64,000 nt of DNA from an uncultured Phycisphaerales bacterium (GTDB lineage: Bacteria; Planctomycetota; Phycisphaerae; Phycisphaerales; UBA1924). The translations under genes and the position numbers were made by a program. How positions within the stretch are numbered: the first letter of the stretch is position 1; each line of letters begins with the position of its first letter. Location: positions 1,617-65,616 of the forward strand of contig CBDVAM010000002.1 in assembly GCA_965371965.1 (NCBI GenBank). The letters are read 5' to 3'. Shown here in pieces: positions 17,161-26,930 of the stretch. Under the pieces are notes generated by a model. It was not told the origin of the DNA and did not search any database. It saw only the letters and a list, made by a program, of their open reading frames with translations.

Positions 17161-18003
17161 TTACCCCCCTAGACGGGTGATCGAGATCGATCCGTTGCTG
17201 CTGCGGATCCGCGACTCGCCGCCCTCACCGGGCGTTCCGAGGGCGGACTGGGCGTGCAGCGTGCAGCTCCGGCGGCTCTTCTCGGTGATCTCGCCCGGCT
17301 CGAAACCAACGAGGCTGACAGACCCATTGGAGGTCCTTGCGGCCAGCTCGCCCGCGAACGCGCCGCCGACGGTCACATGGACCGAGCCGTTGGATGTGTC
17401 AATATGGACCGGCCCGCTCGAGGCGTCGGCGAGATCCACCCGAACGGCCCCGTTGCTGGTGTCCACGTTCACCGAGCCGATGATCTGGGCCAGCACGACC
17501 CGCCCGTTGCTGGTGTCGGCGACCACGTTGCCGTCGTGGTTTTCGACATGGATCCGTCCGTTGCTTGTTCTCATGGTTGCCTCGCCTGCGGCTCCAATGA
17601 GCGTCAGCGAGCCGTTGGAAGAGACGAGTGTCACGCCGTACGCGCTGGGCAGGCGGATGTCGAAGCTGCAGCCCTCGCTGCTCTTGCGCCCGCCCTCGGG
17701 CCACACGACCCGCAGGTACAGGGTCCCGTCGTCGAGGCGAGAGGCGACGACCTCGGTCAGGTCGAGGCGTTCCTGGGTCATCGCCTTGAGGTGGGCGTCG
17801 ATCTCGACGCTGTCGACCTCGACGACCTGCACGTCGATGGCACCGTTCTTGGTCTGGATATCCAGGGCGGTGCCGGGCTGGTGATCGACCATGAGCTGGC
17901 GGGTTTCCTTGAACCTCGCCTGCTGCCACGCGAAGTTGCACCCATTGAGTGCTGTGAGCGAGCAGACGAGCACGGCGTACACGCAACGGCGGGTCATGGA
18001 CAT
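17161..18003 (-). CDS. lipoprotein with DUF4097-like beta-strand repeats (putative adhesin fold)
   Basis: Lipobox LTALNGC. Repeated TSNGxV/I...V motifs (TSNGRIHVE, TSNGRVVLA, TSNGAVRVD, TSNGSVHVT, TSNGSVSLV, SSNGSISIT). Confidence 0.75.
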   Translation of the reverse strand: MSMTRRCVYAVLVCSLTALNGCNFAWQQARFKETRQLMVDHQPGTALDIQTKNGAIDVQVVEVDSVEIDAHLKAMTQERLDLTEVVASRLDDGTLYLRVVWPEGGRKSSEGCSFDIRLPSAYGVTLVSSNGSLTLIGAAGEATMRTSNGRIHVENHDGNVVADTSNGRVVLAQIIGSVNVDTSNGAVRVDLADASSGPVHIDTSNGSVHVTVGGAFAGELAARTSNGSVSLVGFEPGEITEKSRRSCTLHAQSALGTPGEGGESRIRSSNGSISITRLGG

Positions 18004-18124
18004 GGCAATCTCCTGAGGCTGATCAAGACCGGATGGCGCAGGCCATGAGCCCCACCGACAGGCGTGTTGGGATCGTCACCGGTTGGATTTCATTATCCCG
18101 GCGAGGGTCGCCGAGGTGGTGGGA

Positions 18125-18592
18125 TCAGAGAATTTCCATGATCTCGAACCTCTTGGTTCCTTTGGGGGCCTTGACGGCGACAACTTCGCCCATGCGGGAC
18201 TTCATGAGCGCGTCGCCCATGGGGCTGGAGACGGTGACCTCGACGTAGTCCAGATCGAGGTTGCCGGTCGCCTCGCCGACGAGCATGTACTCGTCCTCGT
18301 CGCCGGTATCGACCTCCTTGAGGCGGACCCGCGAGCCCAGGAACACGACGCCCGAATCTTTGGTCGCCGAGGCGTCTACGACATGGGCCGTCTCCAGGCG
18401 ATGGTTCAGGCGACGGATCTCGGCCTCTTCTAGCCCCTGCTGCTCGCGGGCGGTGTGATACTCGGCGTTCTCCTTGAGGTCACCGAGTTCCTTGGCCTCC
18501 TTGATGCGCAGGGTGATCACCGGGCGATTGGCGATGAGCTCGTTGAGGCGTTTCTTGAGCATGTCGCGTTCGTCGGGAGTAATGACGTCCAT
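18125..18592 (-). CDS. greA: transcription elongation factor GreA
   Basis: 155 aa. LKENAEYHTAREQQGLEEAEIRRL coiled-coil followed by the C-terminal FKBP-like domain (VVFLGSRVRLKEVDTGDEDEYMLVG...SSPMGDALM). Confidence 0.95.
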   Translation of the reverse strand: MDVITPDERDMLKKRLNELIANRPVITLRIKEAKELGDLKENAEYHTAREQQGLEEAEIRRLNHRLETAHVVDASATKDSGVVFLGSRVRLKEVDTGDEDEYMLVGEATGNLDLDYVEVTVSSPMGDALMKSRMGEVVAVKAPKGTKRFEIMEIL

Positions 18593-18608
18593 GAGTAATC
18601 CTCCCGCA

Positions 18609-19442
18609 TCAGACGGGCTGTTCGCGCCGGATACGCCGGGAGCGTACCGCGTTGACGATGAAGGCCATCAGCCAGACCGTTGCGCCGATCAGACCGACCG
18701 CCGAGACCCAGAGCCAGTGTATGCGACCGACGGCCGCCCCTGAGCCCAGCCAGGCGCGATCGCGGGTGACCTCGAACACCGAGAGATACGGGCTTGCCAT
18801 CCACCCCGGCTGGGCCTGGAGCCAGCCGGCTTGGTCGAGCGAGAAGATCGCCGGAACGAACAGGCCGGCGAACCCAACGACCAGGCAGGCGATCAACGAC
18901 CATGAGCGGGTTCGCCGACCGATCTCTTGCCCTTCCAGTTGCAGCGCGTGGAGGGTGCTGGGGATCTCTGCGGGGCCGAGCCCGATCGCGATGATGCCGC
19001 CGATCAGCAGGACCCAGACAAAGAAGACCGCGCCCAGCATCATCACAATTCCCAGGGGCCAGTCCGCGAGCCAGGTCTGCGGCCAGATCAGGGCCTGGGC
19101 CGGGACGAGGATCACGACGAGGTCGCGGACGGTCGAAGCGGTCCCGCCGGCTCGCGGCTTGGCCTGGCTCAGGCGGACGAGCGGCCAGAGGACGAGCCCG
19201 CCGACCATCAGCAGCACCATCGTCACGCGGGCCGTCGGGCGGAACGACTCCGCTGAGAATGTAGAGAGCGCCCCACCCTGGGCGAACATCAGAGCGACTA
19301 TGGCCATGAGATAGAGCGTCCAGCCGAACGCAAAGACGCGAGGCTCGCCCCGGCGGTGCGACCAATCTCGCGTCCTGGTCGGCGCACGCCCGAAGATGTC
19401 CCGATCGGGACCGGATTGTTTCTCGCTCTGGCTCAGGACCAT
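18609..19442 (-). CDS. multi-pass membrane protein, function unknown
   Basis: Several hydrophobic helices. The ATG at 19442 overlaps the stop of the upstream ftsQ-like gene by 1 nt (TGATG); a GTG at 19445 is also possible. Confidence 0.6.
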   Translation of the reverse strand: MVLSQSEKQSGPDRDIFGRAPTRTRDWSHRRGEPRVFAFGWTLYLMAIVALMFAQGGALSTFSAESFRPTARVTMVLLMVGGLVLWPLVRLSQAKPRAGGTASTVRDLVVILVPAQALIWPQTWLADWPLGIVMMLGAVFFVWVLLIGGIIAIGLGPAEIPSTLHALQLEGQEIGRRTRSWSLIACLVVGFAGLFVPAIFSLDQAGWLQAQPGWMASPYLSVFEVTRDRAWLGSGAAVGRIHWLWVSAVGLIGATVWLMAFIVNAVRSRRIRREQPV

Positions 19443-20395
19443 CACCCGTCGTCGGCACGGGTCATCGCGCGATCCAGCACGATGAACCCCGAGCGAAGAT
19501 CGTATCCGCCCATGCCCGCGTCGATGTGCTGGCCGAACTCCTGCTCGCCATGGAATCGCGTGAGGTGGAAGAGCTTCTCTCTGGTGGGGCGCTCGCCGGG
19601 ATGGAACCCGTTGGGGCCGGCACCCCAGATGATCCGGGTCTGGCGATCGGTGATGATGGTGAGAGAGGCGTCGGGGCCCCGCCCGCCGGCGTCGATCGCG
19701 CCGACCTGGCTAAAGAACGGCTGGGCCCGCAACAGATCGAGCAGTTCGATCGCAGACCACACCGTTGCACTGGCCCATACGCGACCGTAATCCGCCTGGC
19801 CCTCGCCCGTTTGCGGCGGTCGCATGCCGGGATTCACCACGGGGATCCGGCGCGGCAGCGGATGATCTGCCGAGAACATCAACGGCATCAGGCGTCCCTG
19901 CCCATCGATCAGGTAATCGACACCCTCGGAGCGGATCCACGCGCGCGGCACGCGCCAGTTTCCGTCGATCTCGATCGTGCCGTCGGGCAGACGCCGGAGG
20001 GTTGGCGAATCCTCGAACCAGCCCGATCGCTCGAGCGCGAGCCCGGCATCTTTCAGCCCATCGATCGAGAGTGGATCGGCGGCGGCCTCGAGGTGGGCGC
20101 GGACAAGGTCCATGAGTTCGCCCTGCTGGGTCCTTGGAACCCAGGTCTCTATCGAGTCGAGCGTCGAGCCGGTGTCGGCGGGCCAGTGGACGATGATCTC
20201 GATCGGCTCAGCGGATCGGCGGGCCCGGGCTCGATTCGCGAGCTCGCCTCGGAGCATCGCGGCCCCGCCCAGGATGATCAGGGCCACCATCCCGGCGAGC
20301 ACCGCCGGCAGGTACGGGCCGACGTGCTGGAGCCTGGAGGTCTTCTTGGCCTTGCGCGAGCGGCGCTTGGTCGGGGTCTTTTTCTTTCTCGCCAT
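19442..20395 (-). CDS. FtsQ/DivIB-like cell-division protein (basic N-tail, 1 TM, POTRA-like periplasmic part)
   Basis: Immediately follows ddl (TAATG overlap), the canonical ftsQ position in dcw clusters. MARKKKTPTKRRSRKAKK tail, TM helix AVLAGMVALIILGGAAML. The call is mainly positional. Confidence 0.55.
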   Translation of the reverse strand: MARKKKTPTKRRSRKAKKTSRLQHVGPYLPAVLAGMVALIILGGAAMLRGELANRARARRSAEPIEIIVHWPADTGSTLDSIETWVPRTQQGELMDLVRAHLEAAADPLSIDGLKDAGLALERSGWFEDSPTLRRLPDGTIEIDGNWRVPRAWIRSEGVDYLIDGQGRLMPLMFSADHPLPRRIPVVNPGMRPPQTGEGQADYGRVWASATVWSAIELLDLLRAQPFFSQVGAIDAGGRGPDASLTIITDRQTRIIWGAGPNGFHPGERPTREKLFHLTRFHGEQEFGQHIDAGMGGYDLRSGFIVLDRAMTRADDG

Positions 20396-21321
20396 TAGCG
20401 GCAGACCATCGGCTGTTTGGCGTCCCGCAACGCAAGATCGACCAATCGCGAGCACAGATCGCCAAGGTCCAGCCCCGAGGCCCTGGCGGCCATGGGCAGC
20501 AGCGAGTGGCTGGTGAACCCGGGCATGGTGTTGATCTCCAGGAATCGTCCGACGCCATCATCCCCGAGCACGAAGTCGGCCCGCGCCAGATGGCGAAGCC
20601 CGAGGTCTTGATAGATCGCCTCGGCGTGGGAAACCACGGCGCTGGCGGCCACATCGTTCAGCGGCGGAGCGACGACATACCGGGTCTTGTCGCTCTGGTA
20701 CTTGGCGTCGTAGTCGTAGAACCCTTCGCTGGGCACGATCTCGATGATCGGCAGGGGCTCGCCATCCACTAGTGACACCGTCAACTCGCGCCCCGACGCG
20801 AAGCGCTCGATGATCCACGGGGCGCTGGCGTCCCCATCGCGCGAGAGACTCTCTCGGGACTGCTTCCAGTCAGCATCAGATCGGCACACACGCACGCCGA
20901 CGCTCGATCCGTCGGCGACGGGTTTGATCACGACGGGGAACTCCAGGGGGGACTCGCTGGGGATCGTCTGAGCGATCTGATGGCCGCAGATGGGGATGCC
21001 CAGCGCGAGGGCACGCTCCAGTGTGCGTCCCTTGTCCATGGCCAATCGAGCACCGAGTGATCCGGCCCCGACAAAGGCCCTGGCGTGTTGCTCGAGGAGT
21101 TGTTGTATCTCGCCGCCCTCGCCCCAGGGGCCGTGGAGGACGGGGAAGATGACGCCCGGGGCGAGCGCCTCAATATCGTCGGCGTCGAGCAGACCGATCT
21201 CGTGAAACGACACGTCGAACTTCGGGTTTGATGCGAGCGCATCGGCGACCGCCCGCGAGCCGGCCAGCGAGACCTCGCGCTCCCCCCCCACGCCGCCGCC
21301 GAGGACGATCACGCGGGTCAT
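20395..21321 (-). CDS. ddl: D-alanine--D-alanine ligase
   Basis: MTRVIVLGGGVGGEREVSL..., HGPWGEDG-like VLHGPWGEGGEIQ, ATP-grasp motifs, C-terminal EINTMPGFTSHSL. The ATG at 21321 overlaps the murB stop (ATGA). Confidence 0.9.
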   Translation of the reverse strand: MTRVIVLGGGVGGEREVSLAGSRAVADALASNPKFDVSFHEIGLLDADDIEALAPGVIFPVLHGPWGEGGEIQQLLEQHARAFVGAGSLGARLAMDKGRTLERALALGIPICGHQIAQTIPSESPLEFPVVIKPVADGSSVGVRVCRSDADWKQSRESLSRDGDASAPWIIERFASGRELTVSLVDGEPLPIIEIVPSEGFYDYDAKYQSDKTRYVVAPPLNDVAASAVVSHAEAIYQDLGLRHLARADFVLGDDGVGRFLEINTMPGFTSHSLLPMAARASGLDLGDLCSRLVDLALRDAKQPMVCR

Positions 21322-22310
21322 TGGTGCCCTCCCCAGACGACGACCTCGGTCTCCAGGTCGATCGCGAACGCGTCGCACACGCGGGATCGGACCTGATCCA
21401 TGAGCTCGATCACGTCGCTCGCTCGCGCATCTCTCTTTGTGGTGATGAAGTTGGCGTGGCGATGGCTGACCTCCGCGCCGCCATGAGCGAGCCCCTTGCA
21501 GCCCGCGCGGTCGATGACAAGCCCGGCACCGACGCGCTCGCCCGCGACGCCGATATCGGAGATGTCTCGAGCGAGCGACGGGTTCTTGAAGCAGCAGCCG
21601 GCGCAGTTGGCGCCCATCGGCTGGCTGTGCTTCTTGTCACGCATGATGGCCAGCAGTCGTTCGCGGATCGCCGGCGCGTCATCCGGCGTGAGCGAGAACT
21701 CGACCTCGGTGATGATTAGCCCTTCAAGCCCGCTGGCTCGATAGGCAAAGGTGATCTCGTCGCGAGGGGTTTCTTGCATGGTCCCGCTGCGATCCAGTGC
21801 GCGGACGCTTGTCACATAGTCACCGATCTCGGCGTAGCGTCCCCCGGCGTTCATGCGCAGGGCGCCCCCGACGCTCGCGGGCACGCCGCCAAGATTCTCC
21901 AGACCCGCCAATCCGGCTCGCTGGCAATCCAGGATGAGGCGAGCAAGATCGGCCCCCGCCCCGGCCCGCACCCGACCGCTGTCGGCGTCGATGCGGACTT
22001 GCTGCCATGTCGGCGAATCCAGCGAGACGACCAGTTCGCTCACGCCACGGTCATCGACGAGCAGGTTTGCGCCGCTGCCGAGGATGCGGAGGCTTGGATC
22101 GATATCGAGGCACTGGCGGAGTTGCTGCTCATCGTGGGGTCTGGCCAGACGCCTTGCACCGCCGCCGACCCGAAACGAAGTCGGGATCGGTACGTCATGC
22201 TCGATGAGCGGTTCTGTGATCGCGGCGGGCACGTCGGCTCTCCCAGTCTGGGCGAGTCTACCCGCTCGCGGCGTCGGCCTCTTGCGACCAGCCGGCACGG
22301 AGATATCCAT
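21318..22310 (-). CDS. murB: UDP-N-acetylenolpyruvoylglucosamine reductase
   Basis: FAD-binding N-domain (FRVGGGARRLARP...ILGSGANLLV). C-terminal GCCFKNP / AGLVIDRAGCKG / HANFI motifs. Start uncertain: ATG 22310 or 22337 overlap the murC end, and a GTG at 22232 is possible. Confidence 0.85.
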   Translation of the reverse strand: MDISVPAGRKRPTPRAGRLAQTGRADVPAAITEPLIEHDVPIPTSFRVGGGARRLARPHDEQQLRQCLDIDPSLRILGSGANLLVDDRGVSELVVSLDSPTWQQVRIDADSGRVRAGAGADLARLILDCQRAGLAGLENLGGVPASVGGALRMNAGGRYAEIGDYVTSVRALDRSGTMQETPRDEITFAYRASGLEGLIITEVEFSLTPDDAPAIRERLLAIMRDKKHSQPMGANCAGCCFKNPSLARDISDIGVAGERVGAGLVIDRAGCKGLAHGGAEVSHRHANFITTKRDARASDVIELMDQVRSRVCDAFAIDLETEVVVWGGHQ

Positions 22311-23853
22311 GCCCGACCTGCCAGACCGGCCCGGCACCCATCACCACGAGCAGGTCGCCGCCCTGGCAGACATTTTCGAGCTGCTCGACGATCGCCTCGA
22401 AGGGGTACAGGTGCATCGCCCGCACGCCGCGCTCTCGCAGGCGATCGACCAGATCCCCCGCGGTGACCCTGTGCTGTTCCATGATGCTGTCGCGGACGAA
22501 GTAGATGTGGGGCACGATAACGACGTCGGCCTGCCCGAAGGCGCTGGCGAACTCCTCCAAGAGGAATCGCGTGCGCGAGTGCTGGTGGGGCTGGAACACG
22601 CACACGAGCTTGCCGCCATGATCCTGGGGACGCTCGAACTCTCGCAAGGCCCGCAGGGTCGCCTCTACGGCGGTCGGGTGATGCCCGTAGTCGTCGTAGA
22701 CGCGGATGGAGCCGCCTGTGGGGTCTGGGCGTTCGCCGAGCAACTGCACCCTTCGATCGAGGCCGCGAAAGGCGGTCAGGGATCGCCCGATGCGCTCGGG
22801 GTCGGCACCGAGCATCATGGCGATTGCACAACAGAACGCCGCGTTCATGGCGTTGTGTTGCCCGGGCATCCGCATGGCCCAGCTCGCGACCTGGAGGCCG
22901 TGGCGGCTCAGACGGGTGACCTGGGTGTGGGGATCGAAGACGATGACCCAGTCGGCCTCGGGGCTGAAGCCGATGGTCTCGACCTTGCATCGGATTCCGC
23001 CACACACCTCGCGCCGATGGGCACCCTCATGGGCGATCAGCAGCGTGCCGCCCTCGCGGGCGTCGGGGACGAGCTTTGCGAACTCGTGGAAGGCCTCGAC
23101 GACCTGCTCCATCGAGCCGTAGACGTCCAGGTGGTCGGCCTCGACCGATGTGATCGCCGCGACCCTTGGGCGAAGATTGTGGAACGAGCGATTGAACTCA
23201 CACGCCTCTGCGAGCAGCAGCCCGGGCTCACCCTCGAACACGCCGCTGGGCACGCTGGTCGCGCCGACGCGGTGGCCCGCGGGCGAGGCGAACACCGGCG
23301 AGCCCAAGGAGCCGTGCACGAGTTGCGGGCAGGTCGCGCCGACGATGACCGAGGGGTCCAGCCCGCAATCCACCAGCGTCGCGCCGAGCATCGCTGTGGC
23401 CGTGCTCTTGCCGTGCGTGCCCGCGATAGCCACGGCGGTCGAGCATCTGGTCAACTCGCCGAGAGCCTCGGCGTATGACAGTGTCGGGATGCCCCGATTG
23501 GTCGCCTCGATGAGCAGAGGATGCTCCGGGCGGATCGCGGCAGAACTGATGACCAGATCGACCTCGTCGTCGAGTTCCATCTCGGGCAAATCGGGGATGA
23601 CCTGGATGCCGTCGCTCTCGAGGGCGTCGGTGATGTCCCCGGTGAGCGAATCGACGCCCCGGACGCTTGCGCCCATGCGGGCGAGCATGCGGGCGAGGCC
23701 CGACATGCCGCAACCGCCGACACCGAGCATCAACAGGCGCTTGCCGCAAAACTCGACTCTCTGATCCGATTTGTTCGGCGAGCGCGCGTGAACCTCGATG
23801 GGCTCTCGCTTCACACCGTTCGTCAGCCCTCGCGTCCCTGCGGCTTGGCTCAT
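22258..23853 (-). CDS. murC: UDP-N-acetylmuramate--L-alanine ligase
   Basis: LMLGVGGCGMSGLARML, Mur ligase P-loop AIAGTHGKSTATAML, C-terminal DDYGHHP. Start taken at ATG 23853. Confidence 0.9.
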   Translation of the reverse strand: MSQAAGTRGLTNGVKREPIEVHARSPNKSDQRVEFCGKRLLMLGVGGCGMSGLARMLARMGASVRGVDSLTGDITDALESDGIQVIPDLPEMELDDEVDLVISSAAIRPEHPLLIEATNRGIPTLSYAEALGELTRCSTAVAIAGTHGKSTATAMLGATLVDCGLDPSVIVGATCPQLVHGSLGSPVFASPAGHRVGATSVPSGVFEGEPGLLLAEACEFNRSFHNLRPRVAAITSVEADHLDVYGSMEQVVEAFHEFAKLVPDAREGGTLLIAHEGAHRREVCGGIRCKVETIGFSPEADWVIVFDPHTQVTRLSRHGLQVASWAMRMPGQHNAMNAAFCCAIAMMLGADPERIGRSLTAFRGLDRRVQLLGERPDPTGGSIRVYDDYGHHPTAVEATLRALREFERPQDHGGKLVCVFQPHQHSRTRFLLEEFASAFGQADVVIVPHIYFVRDSIMEQHRVTAGDLVDRLRERGVRAMHLYPFEAIVEQLENVCQGGDLLVVMGAGPVWQVGHGYLRAGWSQEADAASG

Positions 23854-23888
23854 AGTCCCCAGGGTATCGGGTCCGAGGCCATCGGGCC

Positions 23889-24488
23889 GTGATTCCTGGA
23901 CCCTTGATGCCCGTGGGGGTCGTGGGTTCATGCGTGACTCCTGGCGGCGGCTATCCTCGACCTGTGAGCCAGAACCTGCCCCATCGCCTTGCCGTGCTCG
24001 TCGACTTGCGCGATGCGCACGGTCGGATCCTGCTTCTCACGCGATCCCAGTCGCCCAACAAAGGGCTCTGCTCGCCGATCGGGGGCAAGGTCCACGTCGA
24101 TGAGGGGGAATCTCCTGCCCAGTGTGCCCGGCGGGAGACTATGGAAGAGGCCGGGATCGATATCGAGCCCGAGCGGTTCCACCTCGCGGGTCTGATCGCC
24201 GAGCGTGGATACGAATCTCAGGGCCATTGGTTGCTTTTCTACTACCGGGTTCTCGGGACGGTCGATATCGAGCCATTCGAGATGCGTGAGGGGCGGCTGG
24301 ACTGGTTCGAGCCCGATGAGATCGACGGTCTGGCCCTGCCCGAGACGGATCGGAGGATTATCTGGCCGCTCGTGCGAAAGCTGAGCGGGCGAACCCCGAA
24401 CGATCTACCAGGGTTCTTTTCGGTGCATATCGACTGCCTGGGAGATGAGCTGACGTGGACGATCGAACAAGAGACTCCGGCGGGGTGA
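23889..24488 (+). CDS. NUDIX hydrolase
   Basis: Nudix box GGKVHVDEGESPAQCARRETMEEAGI. Start uncertain; a GTG near 23964 is also possible. Confidence 0.8.
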   Translation: MIPGPLMPVGVVGSCVTPGGGYPRPVSQNLPHRLAVLVDLRDAHGRILLLTRSQSPNKGLCSPIGGKVHVDEGESPAQCARRETMEEAGIDIEPERFHLAGLIAERGYESQGHWLLFYYRVLGTVDIEPFEMREGRLDWFEPDEIDGLALPETDRRIIWPLVRKLSGRTPNDLPGFFSVHIDCLGDELTWTIEQETPAG

Positions 24489-24580
24489 ATCTGACAGACG
24501 GGGATCGTTCGTATAATCAGAACGTGACTGGTCGCCTCGCAGCCCGAGTTGGTTTGGATTGGTCCTGGCTCTTGCAGTCC

Positions 24581-26350
24581 ATGGGGCGATTGTCGTTGCG
24601 CGGCGCGGGCGGCTTCGTCGGGCTGATCCTGCTCGCCTCGCTCGCCTGGGCCCAGGATGGGGCGTCTACGAGCAGCGTTCCACCGAGCCGCCAGGCCGAC
24701 AATGTGGCGATTATCACCATCGACACGGGCGACGGCATGATCGACTCGGTCACCGCCAAGAGTTTTATTCGCAGGCTGGAGATCGCAGAACAATCCGGGG
24801 CCGACGCGTTCGTTGTTGAACTCAACACGCCCGGCGGGCAGGTCGGCGCGGTGCTGGAGATCTGCAACGCCATCAAGTCCAGCTCGATCGAGAACTCGGC
24901 GGCGTGGATCAACACCCAGGCGTATTCCGGCGGGGCGATCATCGCCCTGGCCTGCAAGGACATCATCACGTCGGACCCGGCAACGATGGGCGACGCGCTG
25001 CCGATCTACGTGGACCCGCTCAAGGGCCTGCAGGCGCTGCCTCCTCTCGAACGCGGCAAGCTGACGATCCCGCTGATCAGCGAGGTGATCGACTCGGCTC
25101 GCCGCCAGAATAAGACCGAGTACATCTACGACGAGTACCTGGTCCAGGGCATCATCACCGGCGTCGAGCTGTGGTGGGTGCAGGACAACCGGACCGGGCT
25201 GCGCATCGCGATCAATCGCGAGGAGTATGGCGTGATCTTCGGGACCGAGCCCGTCGGGTCTCCGCCGCGGCTGGGTTCGGCGTCGCCGGGCCAGGCGCCC
25301 TCGATCGACCACACGCCGATCCCGGTGCCTCCGGGGATGCAGGGCGTGCCGGGCATCGCGACCGAGATCGAGGCGGCATCGCCCGCGCTCGGCGAGATCG
25401 CGGGTTCTGCGGCGTCGCAGCAGGAGTTCGCATCCCGGCGTCCGACGATCACGGCGGGCGATCGCGGGCAGTGGACGCTCATCGAGAAGATCTCTGACGG
25501 CTCTGCGCCGCTGCTGTTTCGCGAGGGTGATCTGCGCCACTATCGGTTCTCGGTCAATGACACCCCGATCAAAGCTGTCGAGGACGTGCAGGCGTGGTAC
25601 GGCGCGTCGAAGGTGCGCACGATGGATCCGCTGTGGTCCGAGGGGCTCGTGCGGTTCATGACCACGATCTATGTCCGTGGGATCTTGGTCGTCCTGCTGC
25701 TGCTGGCGATCTTCATCGCGATGGTGCACCCGGGCATGGTCGTGCCCGAGTCGGTGGCCGTGCTGGCGCTGTGTGCGCTGCTCATCCCCCCGTTTCTGAT
25801 CGGCATGGCCAACTGGTGGGAGATCGTGGCGATCCTGGCGGGGATCATGCTGATCGCCGGCGAGATATTCGTGTTTCCGGGCTTCGGGGTGTCTGGGATC
25901 GCGGGCCTGGTGCTGCTGTTCGGCGGGCTCGTGGGGACCTTCGTGCCCGACCAGGGCTCGGGGCTGTTTCCCGATAGCCCGAGCCAGCAGCGCGATCTGC
26001 TCTTCGGCATGCTCACGGTGCTGCTGGCGACGACGACAGCGATCGCCGGGATGTGGTTTATCTCGCGCCGGTTCGGGACGCTGCCGCTGTTCAAGCACAT
26101 GGTCCTGAAGGACCCGGAGACCTCCGGAGACTTGCTGCTGGCCATGGGCGAATCCGATGCCTTGGCGGCGAGGGTAGGTGAGGAGGGTGTGACCCTGACT
26201 GTTCTTCGCCCTGTCGGGCGGGTGGAGCTGGACGGTCGGATCATCGACGCGACCGCCGAGGGCGGCTACATTGACGCGGATCGCCCGGTGCGCGTCGTGG
26301 AGGTCACGGCGTTCGGCATTCTCGTGGCCCAACAAGAAGAGACAGCCTGA
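24581..26350 (+). CDS. membrane-bound ClpP-class serine protease, NfeD family (long form)
   Basis: Signal/TM region, ClpP-like domain (VVELNTPGGQVGAVLEICNAI...SGGAIIALAC), several TM helices and a C-terminal NfeD OB domain (VLRPVGRVELDGRIIDATAEGGYIDADRPVRVVEV). Confidence 0.8.
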   Translation: MGRLSLRGAGGFVGLILLASLAWAQDGASTSSVPPSRQADNVAIITIDTGDGMIDSVTAKSFIRRLEIAEQSGADAFVVELNTPGGQVGAVLEICNAIKSSSIENSAAWINTQAYSGGAIIALACKDIITSDPATMGDALPIYVDPLKGLQALPPLERGKLTIPLISEVIDSARRQNKTEYIYDEYLVQGIITGVELWWVQDNRTGLRIAINREEYGVIFGTEPVGSPPRLGSASPGQAPSIDHTPIPVPPGMQGVPGIATEIEAASPALGEIAGSAASQQEFASRRPTITAGDRGQWTLIEKISDGSAPLLFREGDLRHYRFSVNDTPIKAVEDVQAWYGASKVRTMDPLWSEGLVRFMTTIYVRGILVVLLLLAIFIAMVHPGMVVPESVAVLALCALLIPPFLIGMANWWEIVAILAGIMLIAGEIFVFPGFGVSGIAGLVLLFGGLVGTFVPDQGSGLFPDSPSQQRDLLFGMLTVLLATTTAIAGMWFISRRFGTLPLFKHMVLKDPETSGDLLLAMGESDALAARVGEEGVTLTVLRPVGRVELDGRIIDATAEGGYIDADRPVRVVEVTAFGILVAQQEETA

Positions 26351-26850
26351 TGGAGAGCCAGTACCTCGCGTGGGGGTTCATTCTGATCGGCGTCGCGATC
26401 CTGCTCGTGGTCGTCGAGTTGTTCGTTCCCAGCGGCGGCGTGATCGCCGTCGTCGCGGCGATCGCGGCGCTTGCCGGCGTGGTCTCGCTGTTCATGGAGG
26501 GCACGACCTGGGGGTTCATCGGCCTGAGCGGAGTCGTGATCGCGACCCCGATTGTCATCATCGGTGGGTTCAAGATCTGGTCGAGCACCAAGATCGGACG
26601 GGTGATGCTGGGCGAGGACGCGCAGGCGGAGATCCGGCGGCGCAAGGCCGAGGAACAGAGGCAACTCGATGAGATCCGCAGCCTGGTCGGTCTGGAGGGC
26701 GAGGCCTTGACGGATCTGCGCCCGATCGGAACCGTCCGCATCGACGGAAAACGCTACGACGCCCAGGCCGAGCTCAAGTTCGTGGACGCCGGATCGCGCA
26801 TCGTGGTCACCCATGCCGACGCGTTTGCGATCAAGGTCCGACCGGCTTGA
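26350..26850 (+). CDS. NfeD family protein (short form)
   Basis: Two to three TM helices, then an OB domain (LRPIGTVRIDGKRYDAQAELKFVDAGSRIVVTH). TGATG overlap with the previous gene. Confidence 0.8.
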   Translation: MESQYLAWGFILIGVAILLVVVELFVPSGGVIAVVAAIAALAGVVSLFMEGTTWGFIGLSGVVIATPIVIIGGFKIWSSTKIGRVMLGEDAQAEIRRRKAEEQRQLDEIRSLVGLEGEALTDLRPIGTVRIDGKRYDAQAELKFVDAGSRIVVTHADAFAIKVRPA

Positions 26851-26930
26851 GCCCTTGAGTTTGCTTGATGCCCACATCGGGACGCTGTTCGGGCTACACT
26901 CGGATCAGATAAAGCAAAGGGAGCTAACTC

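Noticed and set aside
24242-26335. 697-aa ORF on the minus strand
   Set aside because: It is antisense to the well-supported NfeD protease gene. The translation is R/H/D/P/Q-rich without hydrophobic core segments, so it is a shadow ORF.
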